DNA of 56,730 nucleotides from a virus: IMG/VR virus record IMGVR_UViG_3300002062_000002; one strand, 5' to 3'. The notes under the pieces are model-generated. The model saw only the letters and a program-made list of their open reading frames with translations, ran no database searches and was not told where the DNA came from. The position numbers were made by a program, and so were the translations under genes. Shown piece by piece: positions 10,615 to 20,849 of the stretch (the stretch's first letter is position 1; the number at the start of each line of letters is the position of its first letter).

Positions 10615-11382
10615 TTAATCGGACTTAATTTTAACATCCACTAATTTTAGGCGCTGCTCTTCTTCCAATTTACATTGGTCAGTATATCGCTGTTGGAAAC
10701 ATGCTGAATCTACTATATTCGTAATTCGAAGCGAATGCTTAGTAACTTTACTATCTCGGTGTATAGTTAAAGTAATGCCCATCTCATGCATGCCTAGAAA
10801 TCGCATGCCCCGCATAAACATTTTCCATGTCATGCTATCCGTACGTAGTTCCTTATCTACTTTAGATTTAACCGCGCTTCTTTCTGCCCCGCGTTTGGGT
10901 ATAGAAAGTAAAGGCGAATTTAAATATACGTTCATTAAACGTAACCATTCCCGTGGGCCTATTTTTAACGCCAATCGCAATTGCTTAAAAATAGTAGCTA
11001 ACTTACGGCCGCTGTTTGCAGTTTGGTTAATTTTATCGAACGCGGTAATGAAAACCATATCTAAATGACGTAGTTCAATTTCCATAGATACCCGATCGCA
11101 ATTAATTATACATAACGATTTACAAAATACCTTCCAGTCCATTTCGGGCCTAGATAATTCCTTGCAAATATTCCCCTTTAATGTAGATCGCGTACTAACT
11201 ATCGGCTCCCCGGTTGTCATTATGTCGTCTAGGTACTTTCCAACTAACCGTTCCCATTCCATATCCGTAACATTTAAATCGCGTAATATGGTCCGTAGTA
11301 GTCTGGCCAGTGGAGTAGTTGCCTTTGTTACACCATAGTCGGGGGATCGTAGTAATTGAACCATACGATTTACTCCACGCAT
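10615..11382 (-). CDS. Hypothetical basic protein with an internal domain duplication
   Basis: 255 aa; two similar halves (LA.....W.RL...YL...RS..K....KEL....M.WK.F). Confidence 0.7.
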   Translation of the reverse strand: MRGVNRMVQLLRSPDYGVTKATTPLARLLRTILRDLNVTDMEWERLVGKYLDDIMTTGEPIVSTRSTLKGNICKELSRPEMDWKVFCKSLCIINCDRVSMEIELRHLDMVFITAFDKINQTANSGRKLATIFKQLRLALKIGPREWLRLMNVYLNSPLLSIPKRGAERSAVKSKVDKELRTDSMTWKMFMRGMRFLGMHEMGITLTIHRDSKVTKHSLRITNIVDSACFQQRYTDQCKLEEEQRLKLVDVKIKSD

Positions 11383-11402
11383 GTTCCACCTTTTAATTAT
11401 AG

Positions 11403-11882
11403 TTAATGTATACCCCTTAAAATCATTCGTACGCGTATTGCTTCGTCTATCACTCCTCCTTTCTTTCTAATTAAATAAGAATACCGTGTTTGATTGGTAT
11501 TATGAATAAGTAATAATGTCCAACGTAAACCATCCAATAATTCGGTTAGTTTATTATCGACCCACGGCACTGAAATAACTCGGTCATGTTTTGTTACTAA
11601 GTAGCTGGCCAAATCAACCGCTTCCAATTCCCGTAATCGGTTTGGGGAAGTTAACACCTCACCTTGATGTACTTCTGTTATAATCGTCTCCAATTCATGT
11701 ATTAGTACATATACTTTAGCAAATGTAGAATTAATATACGTGAAATCTAGTTCCGAGGGAGTGAGTTCAAGTAATGGAGCATGATGTAAGTGGTTAGCTT
11801 GAACTTTTATTTTGGTAAGCAGTGAGGTATCCTGACGTTTTAATACGTCTACCATTTTATTGGTATACCATTTACGTATCAT
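11403..11882 (-). CDS. Hypothetical protein (probable early gene)
   Basis: 159-aa ORF downstream of a TATATTAC motif. Confidence 0.65.
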   Translation of the reverse strand: MIRKWYTNKMVDVLKRQDTSLLTKIKVQANHLHHAPLLELTPSELDFTYINSTFAKVYVLIHELETIITEVHQGEVLTSPNRLRELEAVDLASYLVTKHDRVISVPWVDNKLTELLDGLRWTLLLIHNTNQTRYSYLIRKKGGVIDEAIRVRMILRGIH

Positions 11883-11911
11883 TGATCTATTCCTATGAAC
11901 ATTGCACTAAT

Positions 11912-11919
11912 GTAATATA
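11912..11919 (-). promoter_or_regulatory. phiKZ-type early promoter motif TATATTAC
   Basis: Minus strand reads TATATTACATTAGTG, 30 nt upstream of the 11882 start. Confidence 0.65.
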
Positions 11920-11948
11920 TGTCTAAATTAAAGTTATTGGAGATTATA

Positions 11949-12374
11949 ATGACAATAGAAAAACTTTTAGCGGACGCCTCTACCGATAACGTTGACGCCG
12001 AACACATACTTGATTTGAACATGCGGGTTAGAAAAAGTATGTTAACCGAAACATTAAAAGGTGGCATCCCTACCGGTAAACAAATGTACAGTACCCTCAA
12101 GTTACTTGAGGATATGGATAGAAGTACATTAGATAAACAGAAACAAGTTGACGATAAAGATACCGCAGATGAAGATCGTCGCGTCGCACTATATATCGCC
12201 GCACTAACTAACAAGGTGTCGCCAAAAGAAATTTTTGCTACCGGGAAAGAAGGTGTGCGTGAGGTAAATATACCCGCTGGCGACATACCCGATGTTACGT
12301 TACTACCAGAAGAAGGAAGTGTCGGTTTGTCGGAACTAACGTACGATGAGTTCACAAAGAATGTGGATGTCTAG
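11949..12374 (+). CDS. Hypothetical protein
   Basis: ORF 11919-12374; GGAG RBS favours ATG 11949. Confidence 0.65.
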   Translation: MTIEKLLADASTDNVDAEHILDLNMRVRKSMLTETLKGGIPTGKQMYSTLKLLEDMDRSTLDKQKQVDDKDTADEDRRVALYIAALTNKVSPKEIFATGKEGVREVNIPAGDIPDVTLLPEEGSVGLSELTYDEFTKNVDV

Positions 12375-12385
12375 CACTGCTATTG

Positions 12386-13090
12386 TTATTCTTGTATATG
12401 TGTAAAAACCGATACTTCTCTAAGTGGAACCCACTCTAGTGCAATATGCTGCACTAACGCCGCCGTTACATCCATCGTGGGGTCGGTGTCCAATTCTTTG
12501 GTAATGGGTTCTCTAAGTAATCTTGGTGTTATACACAACATACCTGGCATTGGATTATCTTTTAATTCGCCATGATGACGCTGCAACCATGCATCAAAAT
12601 CATATATGGTAAACGTCACCCAATTCTCTTTAAGTAAACTAGGCGTTAAATGCTCTATGGGAATAGACGTTGTTTTAATAATGACGTCCAATGGTATCAT
12701 TTCCCTAAGTATCAATTTTAACTCTTCGTCTTCTGCGGTGGTTAGTGAATATGGCCACGTATTCACATCGACCGCAATTCCTTCAAAGTCAGGTGAATTG
12801 GTAGCGGCGTCCTTATATGCCTCTATGTCGGCCAGTAGCCTAGCAATATAAAATGTAACCAAAGACGTTTTTAGTATATCTTGCCGACTTCCTCTACTGG
12901 CGTAAAACGCCTTATATGCCGCCATGTCAATATCGGGGACAAGTAAATCAAAAAAATCACCCTGTCGTACATGATACCCACGCTCAATGATGGCTTCTGG
13001 AAACGCAGGGTTAAGTGCATTCAGTGTAGATAACCTAGTATCCAGTAAGCAATCTAACTCAATTAGAAAGCGGTGTGACTTGAGCTGCAT
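12386..13090 (-). CDS. Hypothetical protein
   Basis: 234 aa, N-terminal LIELDCLLDTRL; in an operon with the RNAP subunit gene. Confidence 0.65.
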   Translation of the reverse strand: MQLKSHRFLIELDCLLDTRLSTLNALNPAFPEAIIERGYHVRQGDFFDLLVPDIDMAAYKAFYASRGSRQDILKTSLVTFYIARLLADIEAYKDAATNSPDFEGIAVDVNTWPYSLTTAEDEELKLILREMIPLDVIIKTTSIPIEHLTPSLLKENWVTFTIYDFDAWLQRHHGELKDNPMPGMLCITPRLLREPITKELDTDPTMDVTAALVQHIALEWVPLREVSVFTHIQE

Positions 13091-13092
13091 AC

Positions 13093-13518
13093 TTAGTCCT
13101 CTATCAAATCAAACATAATCAATATGGGCAGTAGCCAATTATCTAAAAGTAACTGCGTTTTTACATCACTTGCTGTAATTAAACGATCCTTTAATTGATC
13201 GTCCATTACACTTGACGACATATCGGGGTATGAAAAAATATGTGCGGCTAGCTCTGTTACCGCCCGTAGCTGTATAGCATCACCTACGATAACTATGTAT
13301 TTTCCATGCAGGGATAGTATTTTATCGAGTACGTCCTGGTTCTCTCGTATTACGTCCCATAGCAGTTTAACGTTCTCTGAGCGGGCAATGAGAAAACGGG
13401 TAGTGTGTGATAGTGACGGTATCAATAATTCAAGAATATCAGGATTATTTGCAAGGTAATCCTCAGTATACGCCTTTATATCCATGTAGCCGTTTATTGG
13501 CATGTATTCGTCGGTCAT
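13093..13518 (-). CDS. Hypothetical protein
   Basis: 141-aa ORF, tightly packed in the operon. Confidence 0.6.
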   Translation of the reverse strand: MTDEYMPINGYMDIKAYTEDYLANNPDILELLIPSLSHTTRFLIARSENVKLLWDVIRENQDVLDKILSLHGKYIVIVGDAIQLRAVTELAAHIFSYPDMSSSVMDDQLKDRLITASDVKTQLLLDNWLLPILIMFDLIED

Positions 13519-13528
13519 GGGGTTTATC

Positions 13529-14203
13529 CTAAATCAAGTTGTTGTTAATGTGGCAGGCTTTTAGATACGCCGATAGCGTCTCGGTTGCTTTAACGCCGTC
13601 GCCCGCGGCAGAGGCTTGCTTTAATGAAAACCCACCGGTCGCATGGGCTTGTTTGGTCATGGCCGTATATGCCGCCTCATCGCCCCCGCGCACTTTAAGT
13701 AATTCCTCAATAACGGCATCCAGACCCAATGAGTATAGCACCTGCAACTCCGGTCCACTGATAGTTGACCCCTTCGAGTGTCCCGTTGGCTGACCGGTTA
13801 AATCATCACGTGAATCATTATCCGTAGCAACTGATATTTTCTTGATGAGATGCTGAGCTTGCCGCTTAAACGGTAGGGCTAGAATCATATGTTTTTTTGG
13901 TGATAGATACTTTTGACCGGTGGCCGGGTCAGTTACCGTTATCCGTTGGAAGAAATCATACCCCAATTCTTTGCCTACCACCAAATTATTTTTTACCGTA
14001 ATCTTAACGTCACTTAAATTGGGGGCCTGTATCTGTACTGTATCTACACCATCCCGATAGGATTTCATTAATGTATCAAAATCATTATCTGTCATGGTTT
14101 TAAATAACTCACGATACCGATTGGCATTGGACTCGTTACCGTTTGTTATCTTAGAAAGATACCGCAATATCATTTCTTCGGCTTCTTTTCTGGCTTTATT
14201 CAT
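13529..14203 (-). CDS. Virion RNA polymerase beta subunit, C-terminal part (phiKZ gp149-like)
   Basis: KKISV...DDLTGQPTGHSKGSTISGPELQVLYSLGLDAVIEELLKVRGGD aligns to the RpoB C-terminal motif LVTQQPLGG...[27 protein letters not shown]. Confidence 0.88.
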   Translation of the reverse strand: MNKARKEAEEMILRYLSKITNGNESNANRYRELFKTMTDNDFDTLMKSYRDGVDTVQIQAPNLSDVKITVKNNLVVGKELGYDFFQRITVTDPATGQKYLSPKKHMILALPFKRQAQHLIKKISVATDNDSRDDLTGQPTGHSKGSTISGPELQVLYSLGLDAVIEELLKVRGGDEAAYTAMTKQAHATGGFSLKQASAAGDGVKATETLSAYLKACHINNNLI

Positions 14204-14514
14204 TGCTTGCTCCCACTGGGCATATTTGCCTCGATGAATGGTAGTACGGTTCTAAATAGTGAAAGGTGCCAGAATTCAAAATTATCATGGGCATTCAAAA
14301 ATAAACGAATGGTAATGGTATCTACTTCCAATGTGGTAAGGTGCATCCACAGCAAGTGATTAACTCTAGCTCGTATGTTTTCTTCCGATAAAGCATCACA
14401 TGCCATGTCGCCCCATTTATCATACAGGAGTATGGCAACTTTTGGAAAGGTTTTTTCTATCTGCGTCTTTAGTCTATATAAATAATTATTATCGGTCATA
14501 AAAAAATAATCCAA
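14200..14514 (-). CDS. Hypothetical protein
   Basis: 104 aa; 4-bp ATGA overlap with the RNAP subunit gene. Confidence 0.6.
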   Translation of the reverse strand: MDYFFMTDNNYLYRLKTQIEKTFPKVAILLYDKWGDMACDALSEENIRARVNHLLWMHLTTLEVDTITIRLFLNAHDNFEFWHLSLFRTVLPFIEANMPSGSKQ

Positions 14515-14583
14515 ATTACTGTGATTAACGGATCAAGTTATACGGATTATTAACACCCGAGGAAACCCACGGGTGAGTAATCG

Positions 14584-16002
14584 TTACTTCATCCAGTATG
14601 GTTTGTATTCATCATGGTACATTTTTAACATGTCCATTGTAGATAGAAACGGTCTTGGGTCATTGGCTTCTTCAAAAATCCAGTAGCCGCGGGTTTCTAG
14701 AAGTATATCCCAATCGTATCCTTTTTCAATTAACTTTGTGCGTAAGTCACCTGGTGTGATTTTATACTTAGCATCTAGGTCTTTCCAGAGTAACTGCATC
14801 TGACACATTTCAGACGTAATCTCCAATGCTCGGCGTAGTTTATAATCGTCGTTAACCGCGCCGCGTGCAGTAGTGCGGCTCATTTTACCATCAGGGTACA
14901 ACTCACAAAAATACCCTAAGTTAGTACCATCTAACCCAAACCCCATCGGGTGTTTGTTAGTACCCACTACTTTTTTCTCTCTAAGGTAATTAAGCTCAGT
15001 TAGGCTAGGTAATAAGCCTTGGGTTTGAGATACAATGATAGCTATAGGTACACCCGAGGGTCCACTTTTGCCACGTAAATTCTGCACTTGAACAATCTGT
15101 AGATCCTTGTCCATGATAGCGCGGTCACCGGCATCTTTAGGGTAGTAAGGCGTTTTATCGGCATTAAGATGGGGTTTAGCGCCCGAGCAATAATATAGAT
15201 TGTTTGTTAAAAAGGTAAAGTTTTCAGGTACCTTTTTAAATTTTATTTTTTGTTTCATGGTAGACAGTTTTTTCTCGGGGGGCGCGGACGGATCTAATGA
15301 TAAGTCATCACCCATGTGTGCAACTACCGTGGTAAACAATCCACCTTTATTGGTTACACCGGGCATCTGCCCCAGTATTCTAGATTTGATTAGGTTATCC
15401 CGGAGAGCCAATGCATTCTGATCTTTACTATCTGCCTGTGCCTTATCGTTAATTGTTTCTGTTGCATCGAACTGCATTTGTGACATAGAATCAATTTCTA
15501 CAGCGGTAGGGGTTAACATAGTTAACGACTTACCCTTTACAATAAACGGGGTGGTAACCCGTGCCTTTTTTCCCATCTTCGCCTTTTTTTCTGCAAACGT
15601 TCTAATGTTATCCCAGTATGCATTGCCCATGGTCACGCCATCGGTAAGTCTAACCCGAGGAGGGTTAAATAGGTCAGTGCCGCCAATGTTGATCATAGGT
15701 TCGGCTAGTTGATTGATTCTAGCATTGGATAGCGAGTATTCCGTGTCGTAGATTAACGCGTTTACCATAGACTGTCTACTTACCACTGTAAGGTTAAACC
15801 AATGCGTTAACGTGGACTTATATGAGTTACCGCGACCACACACGCCGGTGATTAAAGCGTGCCCTCCATTAAGAATGGACTCGCCATTTTTACCAGTATA
15901 GTACCGCCCGGTGGGGATATCAAATAGACAACCCACATTTAACATAGGGCGTAATTCCTGTACTTGTTCAAATAGCTCGGCAGCTTCATCTTCTAATGAC
16001 AT
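14584..16002 (-). CDS. uvsX: RecA/UvsX-like recombinase (phiKZ gp152-like)
   Basis: Walker A GRGNSYKST, YDTE, Walker B VEIDSMS, NLRGKSGPSG; 472 aa. Confidence 0.85.
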   Translation of the reverse strand: MSLEDEAAELFEQVQELRPMLNVGCLFDIPTGRYYTGKNGESILNGGHALITGVCGRGNSYKSTLTHWFNLTVVSRQSMVNALIYDTEYSLSNARINQLAEPMINIGGTDLFNPPRVRLTDGVTMGNAYWDNIRTFAEKKAKMGKKARVTTPFIVKGKSLTMLTPTAVEIDSMSQMQFDATETINDKAQADSKDQNALALRDNLIKSRILGQMPGVTNKGGLFTTVVAHMGDDLSLDPSAPPEKKLSTMKQKIKFKKVPENFTFLTNNLYYCSGAKPHLNADKTPYYPKDAGDRAIMDKDLQIVQVQNLRGKSGPSGVPIAIIVSQTQGLLPSLTELNYLREKKVVGTNKHPMGFGLDGTNLGYFCELYPDGKMSRTTARGAVNDDYKLRRALEITSEMCQMQLLWKDLDAKYKITPGDLRTKLIEKGYDWDILLETRGYWIFEEANDPRPFLSTMDMLKMYHDEYKPYWMK

Positions 16003-16132
16003 CTATGCGTTCTCCTTAGATTTTAGTAATATCTTTTCCAGTCATATTAAGTGGTAAGGCAGTATTTTTTATTCTGATATTATGTCCACGGCACACACCG
16101 CCGTTCAGTTACTACTATATAAGGGAACAAAA

Positions 16133-16903
16133 ATGAGCATAGATGTATCGTATCAAATAGCATCACTAGAATCTCGCAGTGATGGAAAATCGTTTTTATC
16201 TAAATTTAAAGCTTTTTTCCATTTAGTAAGTAGAGACTACTTTAAGAAGTTGTCACCGGAAGTAAGTTTTTTATCTACTAAACCAAGTAATGTTTCTAAG
16301 ATAGACTACATGACAATTAGAAAACGATCGGTTACCCGACCACGTAAACTTAAAAGTGGTGTGTCTATGATGGATTACGTCACTGTACTTCAACGACACG
16401 CCGAGAAACAAAAAGAAATACGTAAACGTGTGTTGTTTAAATGGAAGGCTTCCATTGCTGGTTTTTTAACCAATCCACGTGAATTGATAACCGGTGCATC
16501 TACAGGTCACATTGAGTGGATTGATCCTAAAGAGATAAAAACCGAATTGGGTAAGGTGTATGACGAGGACGTATCACAGGTAGGGGATGCTTTTGGTAAC
16601 CTCTATCGTAACATGAATGAGTTTTCTATGGCCCAAAAGATAATCAATAATGCTGTAGAGTTGGTGCAAACGGAAAGTCCGATTGCAGTAGAAAAAGAAG
16701 TAGCTGAAATCAATGACCTTTTAAATCAACTCTTAGATACGATATCTGAAAATGATGACGTAACCATGTCAAAGTCAACTGAGGCTTTTTTAGTAGAGGG
16801 TCTTAATCTAGTAATTCAAGAAGTTGAGCTATACGCGCTTCTAGTGACGTTAATTGAATCGGCACAAAAAGCAGTCTACGCGACTGCCGATGAAATTAAG
16901 TAA
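16133..16903 (+). CDS. Virion (probably head) protein, phiKZ gp153-like
   Basis: RBS AAGGGA before ATG 16133; N-terminal ASLE putative prohead-protease site; lies between uvsX and RNase H. Confidence 0.6.
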   Translation: MSIDVSYQIASLESRSDGKSFLSKFKAFFHLVSRDYFKKLSPEVSFLSTKPSNVSKIDYMTIRKRSVTRPRKLKSGVSMMDYVTVLQRHAEKQKEIRKRVLFKWKASIAGFLTNPRELITGASTGHIEWIDPKEIKTELGKVYDEDVSQVGDAFGNLYRNMNEFSMAQKIINNAVELVQTESPIAVEKEVAEINDLLNQLLDTISENDDVTMSKSTEAFLVEGLNLVIQEVELYALLVTLIESAQKAVYATADEIK

Positions 16904-16912
16904 TGCTATTAT

Positions 16913-16938
16913 GGAGGGCCCCGCCCTCCGTTATGCCG
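16913..16938 (+). terminator. Hairpin + TTATGCCG element
   Basis: GGAGGG/CCCTCC stem then TTATGCCG, between convergent genes. Confidence 0.65.
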
Positions 16939-16940
16939 CG

Positions 16941-17306
16941 TTACATTCCCGTGTGAGATACCGCAAGGGATAAGTCTTCTAACATGACCTCGTCATTTCC
17001 ATACCGTAAACAACAGGGCACCGATTGCAATAATTTTGTCAACATGGAATCTCTTCCGCTAGTCAAATCAACTTGACTTAATACAGATCTTCCCCATACT
17101 ACCCCGGTTAATTTTGCTGGAAAGTTCAACGCTTTGGGGTCATGTGATAACTTCGCTTCTTTGTTTAGATCGGCAAGGACATATCGTCCCGAGCGGTCTA
17201 ATGTATGCAAGTATGTAGCGGCTGAAACAACCACTATCATTCGACGCATTTTCTGAGTTAAAAATAAACCAACAAAACGTTGAACTAACTGCGATCGTTT
17301 AATCAT
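16941..17306 (-). CDS. Hypothetical protein
   Basis: 121 aa, AAGGA RBS. Confidence 0.6.
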   Translation of the reverse strand: MIKRSQLVQRFVGLFLTQKMRRMIVVVSAATYLHTLDRSGRYVLADLNKEAKLSHDPKALNFPAKLTGVVWGRSVLSQVDLTSGRDSMLTKLLQSVPCCLRYGNDEVMLEDLSLAVSHTGM

Positions 17307-17318
17307 AAAAAATAATCC

Positions 17319-18818
17319 TTAAATCATAAAACAGTTAGAGTAAGTTGAGGCGAGTAAAGCCGTGTTACCATCTACTTCTACCACCAAAGCATACCGCATC
17401 ACACGGTCAGATTCAGGCCACGAAATGGCATATAGTACAGTATCCTTTCCCGAAATGCCAGACAAAGTGTTCTTTGGTGGTGCATCCAAGCCCAAAGTAA
17501 ATATAGCTTTATGTGTGCCGGTGTCTACACTATTGTGCCACGCTATATCAATATTAAGAAACTTAGCTCCATCTAGAATGGATTTGGATAACTTTGGTTT
17601 ACCATTACCCTCGACCTCATAGAAATGGTCAGTTATGTTAGTAATAGATACAATGCGCTTTTTTTCTGCTCGCGATAGGACATGTCGACCTTCTAGTTTG
17701 GATGGACCTTTTGAACATGCCACATAGTCTTCTAATCGTTGCTGTAGACTTGTCAACTCTTCCAGGCCAATAAATGCCAGCATGGTAGGCAGGGCAGGCT
17801 CCGTAAGTATTTCACCCGCAACATCCAGTAGAGGGCCATCTGGAGTGGCGGCGGTAAGGTACTGACATTTGTCGTGGTAAAGTTGGCGATACCTAGTTGA
17901 TGCTTTTATTTTATCTAACCTAGCGTAGAAGGGAACCTGGTATGGTGTGGAAAATTCATTTTGCTTTTCCAGGATAGCTTCCATGACCGGGTCTTCTTTT
18001 TTGACAAAGATAATGGTGTTGGCGGCATCAGATACCCGTTTGCCAAATAGTTCATTTTCCTTATGGTTACCCAGGTGATAAACGCGTCTACCGTCTTTTG
18101 AAAATATCCTTTCGGTATTAGTTGTAAAATACCAACGGGTCTGCATTAATAATTTACATACAGGCGGGGCCTTGGGAATGGGTGCCTTTTTAACTTTTCC
18201 TTCAGAGTCAGCAACTGTAATAGTTTCGGTAACGGGCTCGTAGTGTCCGGCACCTGCCAATATTCCACCCTTACGCGCACTAATGTCTGCTAACTCATTG
18301 CCAACGTTGCCCATATGTCCCTTTACCCAAGTATATTTAATGGACATATTTTTTTTCTTTGCTTCATCTTTCATGGATTTGAGTGTTGTCCATGAATCTA
18401 TATACGAGGGCGGGGTACCATCCGATTTCTGCCAATTATTTTTAGCCCATTGATCCACCCATTGATCCGCACCCTTCAATGCGGTTTTGGAATCCGATCG
18501 GATTTCTAATTCTTGTACGCCGTTGTCTAGAGAAACCCGCACCGCCTCAATGATGCCTTGTATCTCACCTTCGTTATTATCGCGTATGCCAGACAGACCA
18601 CCCCAGGCGTTCCACTCGGATAGCTTTACGGGGTTATGGTACTTGCCGTCTTTCAATACGGTAATTTCTTTAGATGGATCGACGCCATCCAGGTTTACAT
18701 TAACGCACGGGGTGGTGTGCGTGTACGTGTAACCGTACATACCCCACCCACTTTCTGGACCCGGGTTGGGGCGGGCTGACCCGTCCGTGTAGATAACAGA
18801 TTTTAATTTAGTTGACAT
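17319..18818 (-). CDS. rnhA: Ribonuclease HI with a long C-terminal extension (phiKZ gp155-like)
   Basis: IYTDGSARPNPG, NNEGEIQG, IRSDS, WVKGHMGNVGNELADISA. Confidence 0.92.
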   Translation of the reverse strand: MSTKLKSVIYTDGSARPNPGPESGWGMYGYTYTHTTPCVNVNLDGVDPSKEITVLKDGKYHNPVKLSEWNAWGGLSGIRDNNEGEIQGIIEAVRVSLDNGVQELEIRSDSKTALKGADQWVDQWAKNNWQKSDGTPPSYIDSWTTLKSMKDEAKKKNMSIKYTWVKGHMGNVGNELADISARKGGILAGAGHYEPVTETITVADSEGKVKKAPIPKAPPVCKLLMQTRWYFTTNTERIFSKDGRRVYHLGNHKENELFGKRVSDAANTIIFVKKEDPVMEAILEKQNEFSTPYQVPFYARLDKIKASTRYRQLYHDKCQYLTAATPDGPLLDVAGEILTEPALPTMLAFIGLEELTSLQQRLEDYVACSKGPSKLEGRHVLSRAEKKRIVSITNITDHFYEVEGNGKPKLSKSILDGAKFLNIDIAWHNSVDTGTHKAIFTLGLDAPPKNTLSGISGKDTVLYAISWPESDRVMRYALVVEVDGNTALLASTYSNCFMI

Positions 18819-18886
18819 GATTAAGTCTCACTGTAGTGTGAATGTGGGTATACAAACAATATACCCACACCGTATTATTTAGCACA

Positions 18887-19492
18887 CTACTCGCTTAATT
18901 CGATCAACCTAGCTTGAAGTGCTTCTATCGTTTTATTTAAGGTGGTAATATGTCGACGACTCTCTTGCAATAACGCGTAATCGGAAGTGCGGGTTGCAAT
19001 GGCAACGCTTCGAAGTCCTTCTATCTCCTGTGGACTCAAGGAAGCCGCGCGTCCAATCACTGGAATTTTATGCAGACTACCGGTAGGCTCACCACCGACG
19101 ATGTCGCTTGCTAAGTTTTTAAATTGGGCAAGTACACCGTCAGAAAACCAGTCAGAGCTTAGAATGCCTAAGTCGATTGACACCACATATCTATTTGCCG
19201 TAGCCAAGTTCATGTTCGGATACGCCGAGATATAACTATCCGGTATATATACGGTGGGTTCGGTATGTGACGTTAAGGTTATGATATTAACGCCCTTGTC
19301 TTTATCGCTTAGGTACTTAGCCCGGGGTATATTTAATGGTGCGTATATCTCAGTATATACATTAATATTGCGCTGCTGACAATCTTCAAAACTACGAATT
19401 GCCTGTGTGGTATATATGGCGGTTTCATTTAAAGTAAATGGTGAACCTGCTACATATAACCCCGACGCATACATGGGGGGCGTAATTTGCAT
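18887..19492 (-). CDS. Hypothetical protein, probably virion-associated
   Basis: 201 aa with C-terminal coiled coil; start overlaps the upstream stop (TAATG). Confidence 0.6.
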   Translation of the reverse strand: MQITPPMYASGLYVAGSPFTLNETAIYTTQAIRSFEDCQQRNINVYTEIYAPLNIPRAKYLSDKDKGVNIITLTSHTEPTVYIPDSYISAYPNMNLATANRYVVSIDLGILSSDWFSDGVLAQFKNLASDIVGGEPTGSLHKIPVIGRAASLSPQEIEGLRSVAIATRTSDYALLQESRRHITTLNKTIEALQARLIELSE

Positions 19493-20796
19493 TATGGTAA
19501 AACCTCCATTGTTAAAGCATCAAATGAACGTTTCGTTAACACGTGGTATAGATACTCATTATACTGGAATGTTAAAAACTCTTTGCCACTTCGAACGGTT
19601 TGACTTACATCGACATCGAGTACCGTAAAGTCATTATAATCTTCGGCCACCGTCAGTGTTGTCATTATGGCGTTCACTATTTCACGGGTATTTACATCCA
19701 TTCTATGAAAATCGGTACTGGTTGAGGGTGCCAGGATATAGTCTGGATATAGATCTGCAAAGGTGTGGGATTCTTCACCTTGTATGGGTTCATGATTTAC
19801 TGCCGCCAATACAATTCCTCGCCACACCGTAGGTATGATAATGGTATTTTTCTCTATGTGTTCGGTGGACCAATCTGGAACAAACGCCAACGCGGCATCT
19901 GTTACTTTTTTAGGTGACAGTGCCGAGAAGTAAATGCTGTCCTGTAGTGGCTCGTAATTTTCTTGCACCGCATCCCATAGTGGAATTAACATCATTTCAT
20001 TGGGGCTAAATATCTCAGGTAACACAGTTGCCCACCCAAGGCGATCATAACTACTGAGTTCAAGTATTGCATCGGCAACGGCTTCACGTATTACGTCAAC
20101 GTTGTCACCTGCCTGTCCATGTATGGCTACCATAAACGTAATGTCGGTAGATACAGAAGGGTCGGTTTTTAAATACCATTTAAACGTTAACGCTTTGTAT
20201 ATGGTCGGGGGAGCAAAGTGTCCAACGTCCCGTAATTTATCAATAAAAAACTTTGGGGTAGCCTTACTTAGTTCTTGGTCTATTGTAGGGTAATCGAGGT
20301 GAAGTGCATCTATGTTATCCATTGGTAACACCACGCGCACCGAGTACTCGGGGTACTCTACTCTGAAATGACTGTCGGATAACCACAGCGTCCACGATGT
20401 ATCTCCCGACTCATACCGAACAGAACTTGGGTAGTTGCCTCCGTTAAGTGAGATAATTGGACCAATGGAAAACGTTCCCGGTAAGTAACCTGCATAGTTA
20501 GCTAGGTTATTAAGGTACGCGGGTATGGAATTTGAAGCAATGCCCGTTTCGGCCTGACCAATAACCCAATCAAATACGTCACTCATCACATTCAGTTGGG
20601 TAATGTTTAAATTAACGTGGTTTTCCGGTGATGTAAAAATATTAACAATGAATTCCGCATCGTTAGTAGACATATATGTTTTTATGTCGGTACTAAACGT
20701 CTGGCTGTATTTCGATAACTCTCCAATAGGAGACACTGCGGTACCCGCGTTATCGGCTAGAGTGGGGATGGTTATAAAACCAGCATAATTAGTCAT
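19492..20796 (-). CDS. Virion structural protein (phiKZ gp157-like)
   Basis: GGAG RBS favours ATG 20796; motifs SPIGELS, HGQAGDN, LPEIFSPNEMMLIPLWD. Confidence 0.6.
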   Translation of the reverse strand: MTNYAGFITIPTLADNAGTAVSPIGELSKYSQTFSTDIKTYMSTNDAEFIVNIFTSPENHVNLNITQLNVMSDVFDWVIGQAETGIASNSIPAYLNNLANYAGYLPGTFSIGPIISLNGGNYPSSVRYESGDTSWTLWLSDSHFRVEYPEYSVRVVLPMDNIDALHLDYPTIDQELSKATPKFFIDKLRDVGHFAPPTIYKALTFKWYLKTDPSVSTDITFMVAIHGQAGDNVDVIREAVADAILELSSYDRLGWATVLPEIFSPNEMMLIPLWDAVQENYEPLQDSIYFSALSPKKVTDAALAFVPDWSTEHIEKNTIIIPTVWRGIVLAAVNHEPIQGEESHTFADLYPDYILAPSTSTDFHRMDVNTREIVNAIMTTLTVAEDYNDFTVLDVDVSQTVRSGKEFLTFQYNEYLYHVLTKRSFDALTMEVLP

Positions 20797-20849
20797 GCAC
20801 TTCTCCATTAGGGTATGATATAATAAAGTTAAAAAAAGGGATAGTTTAA

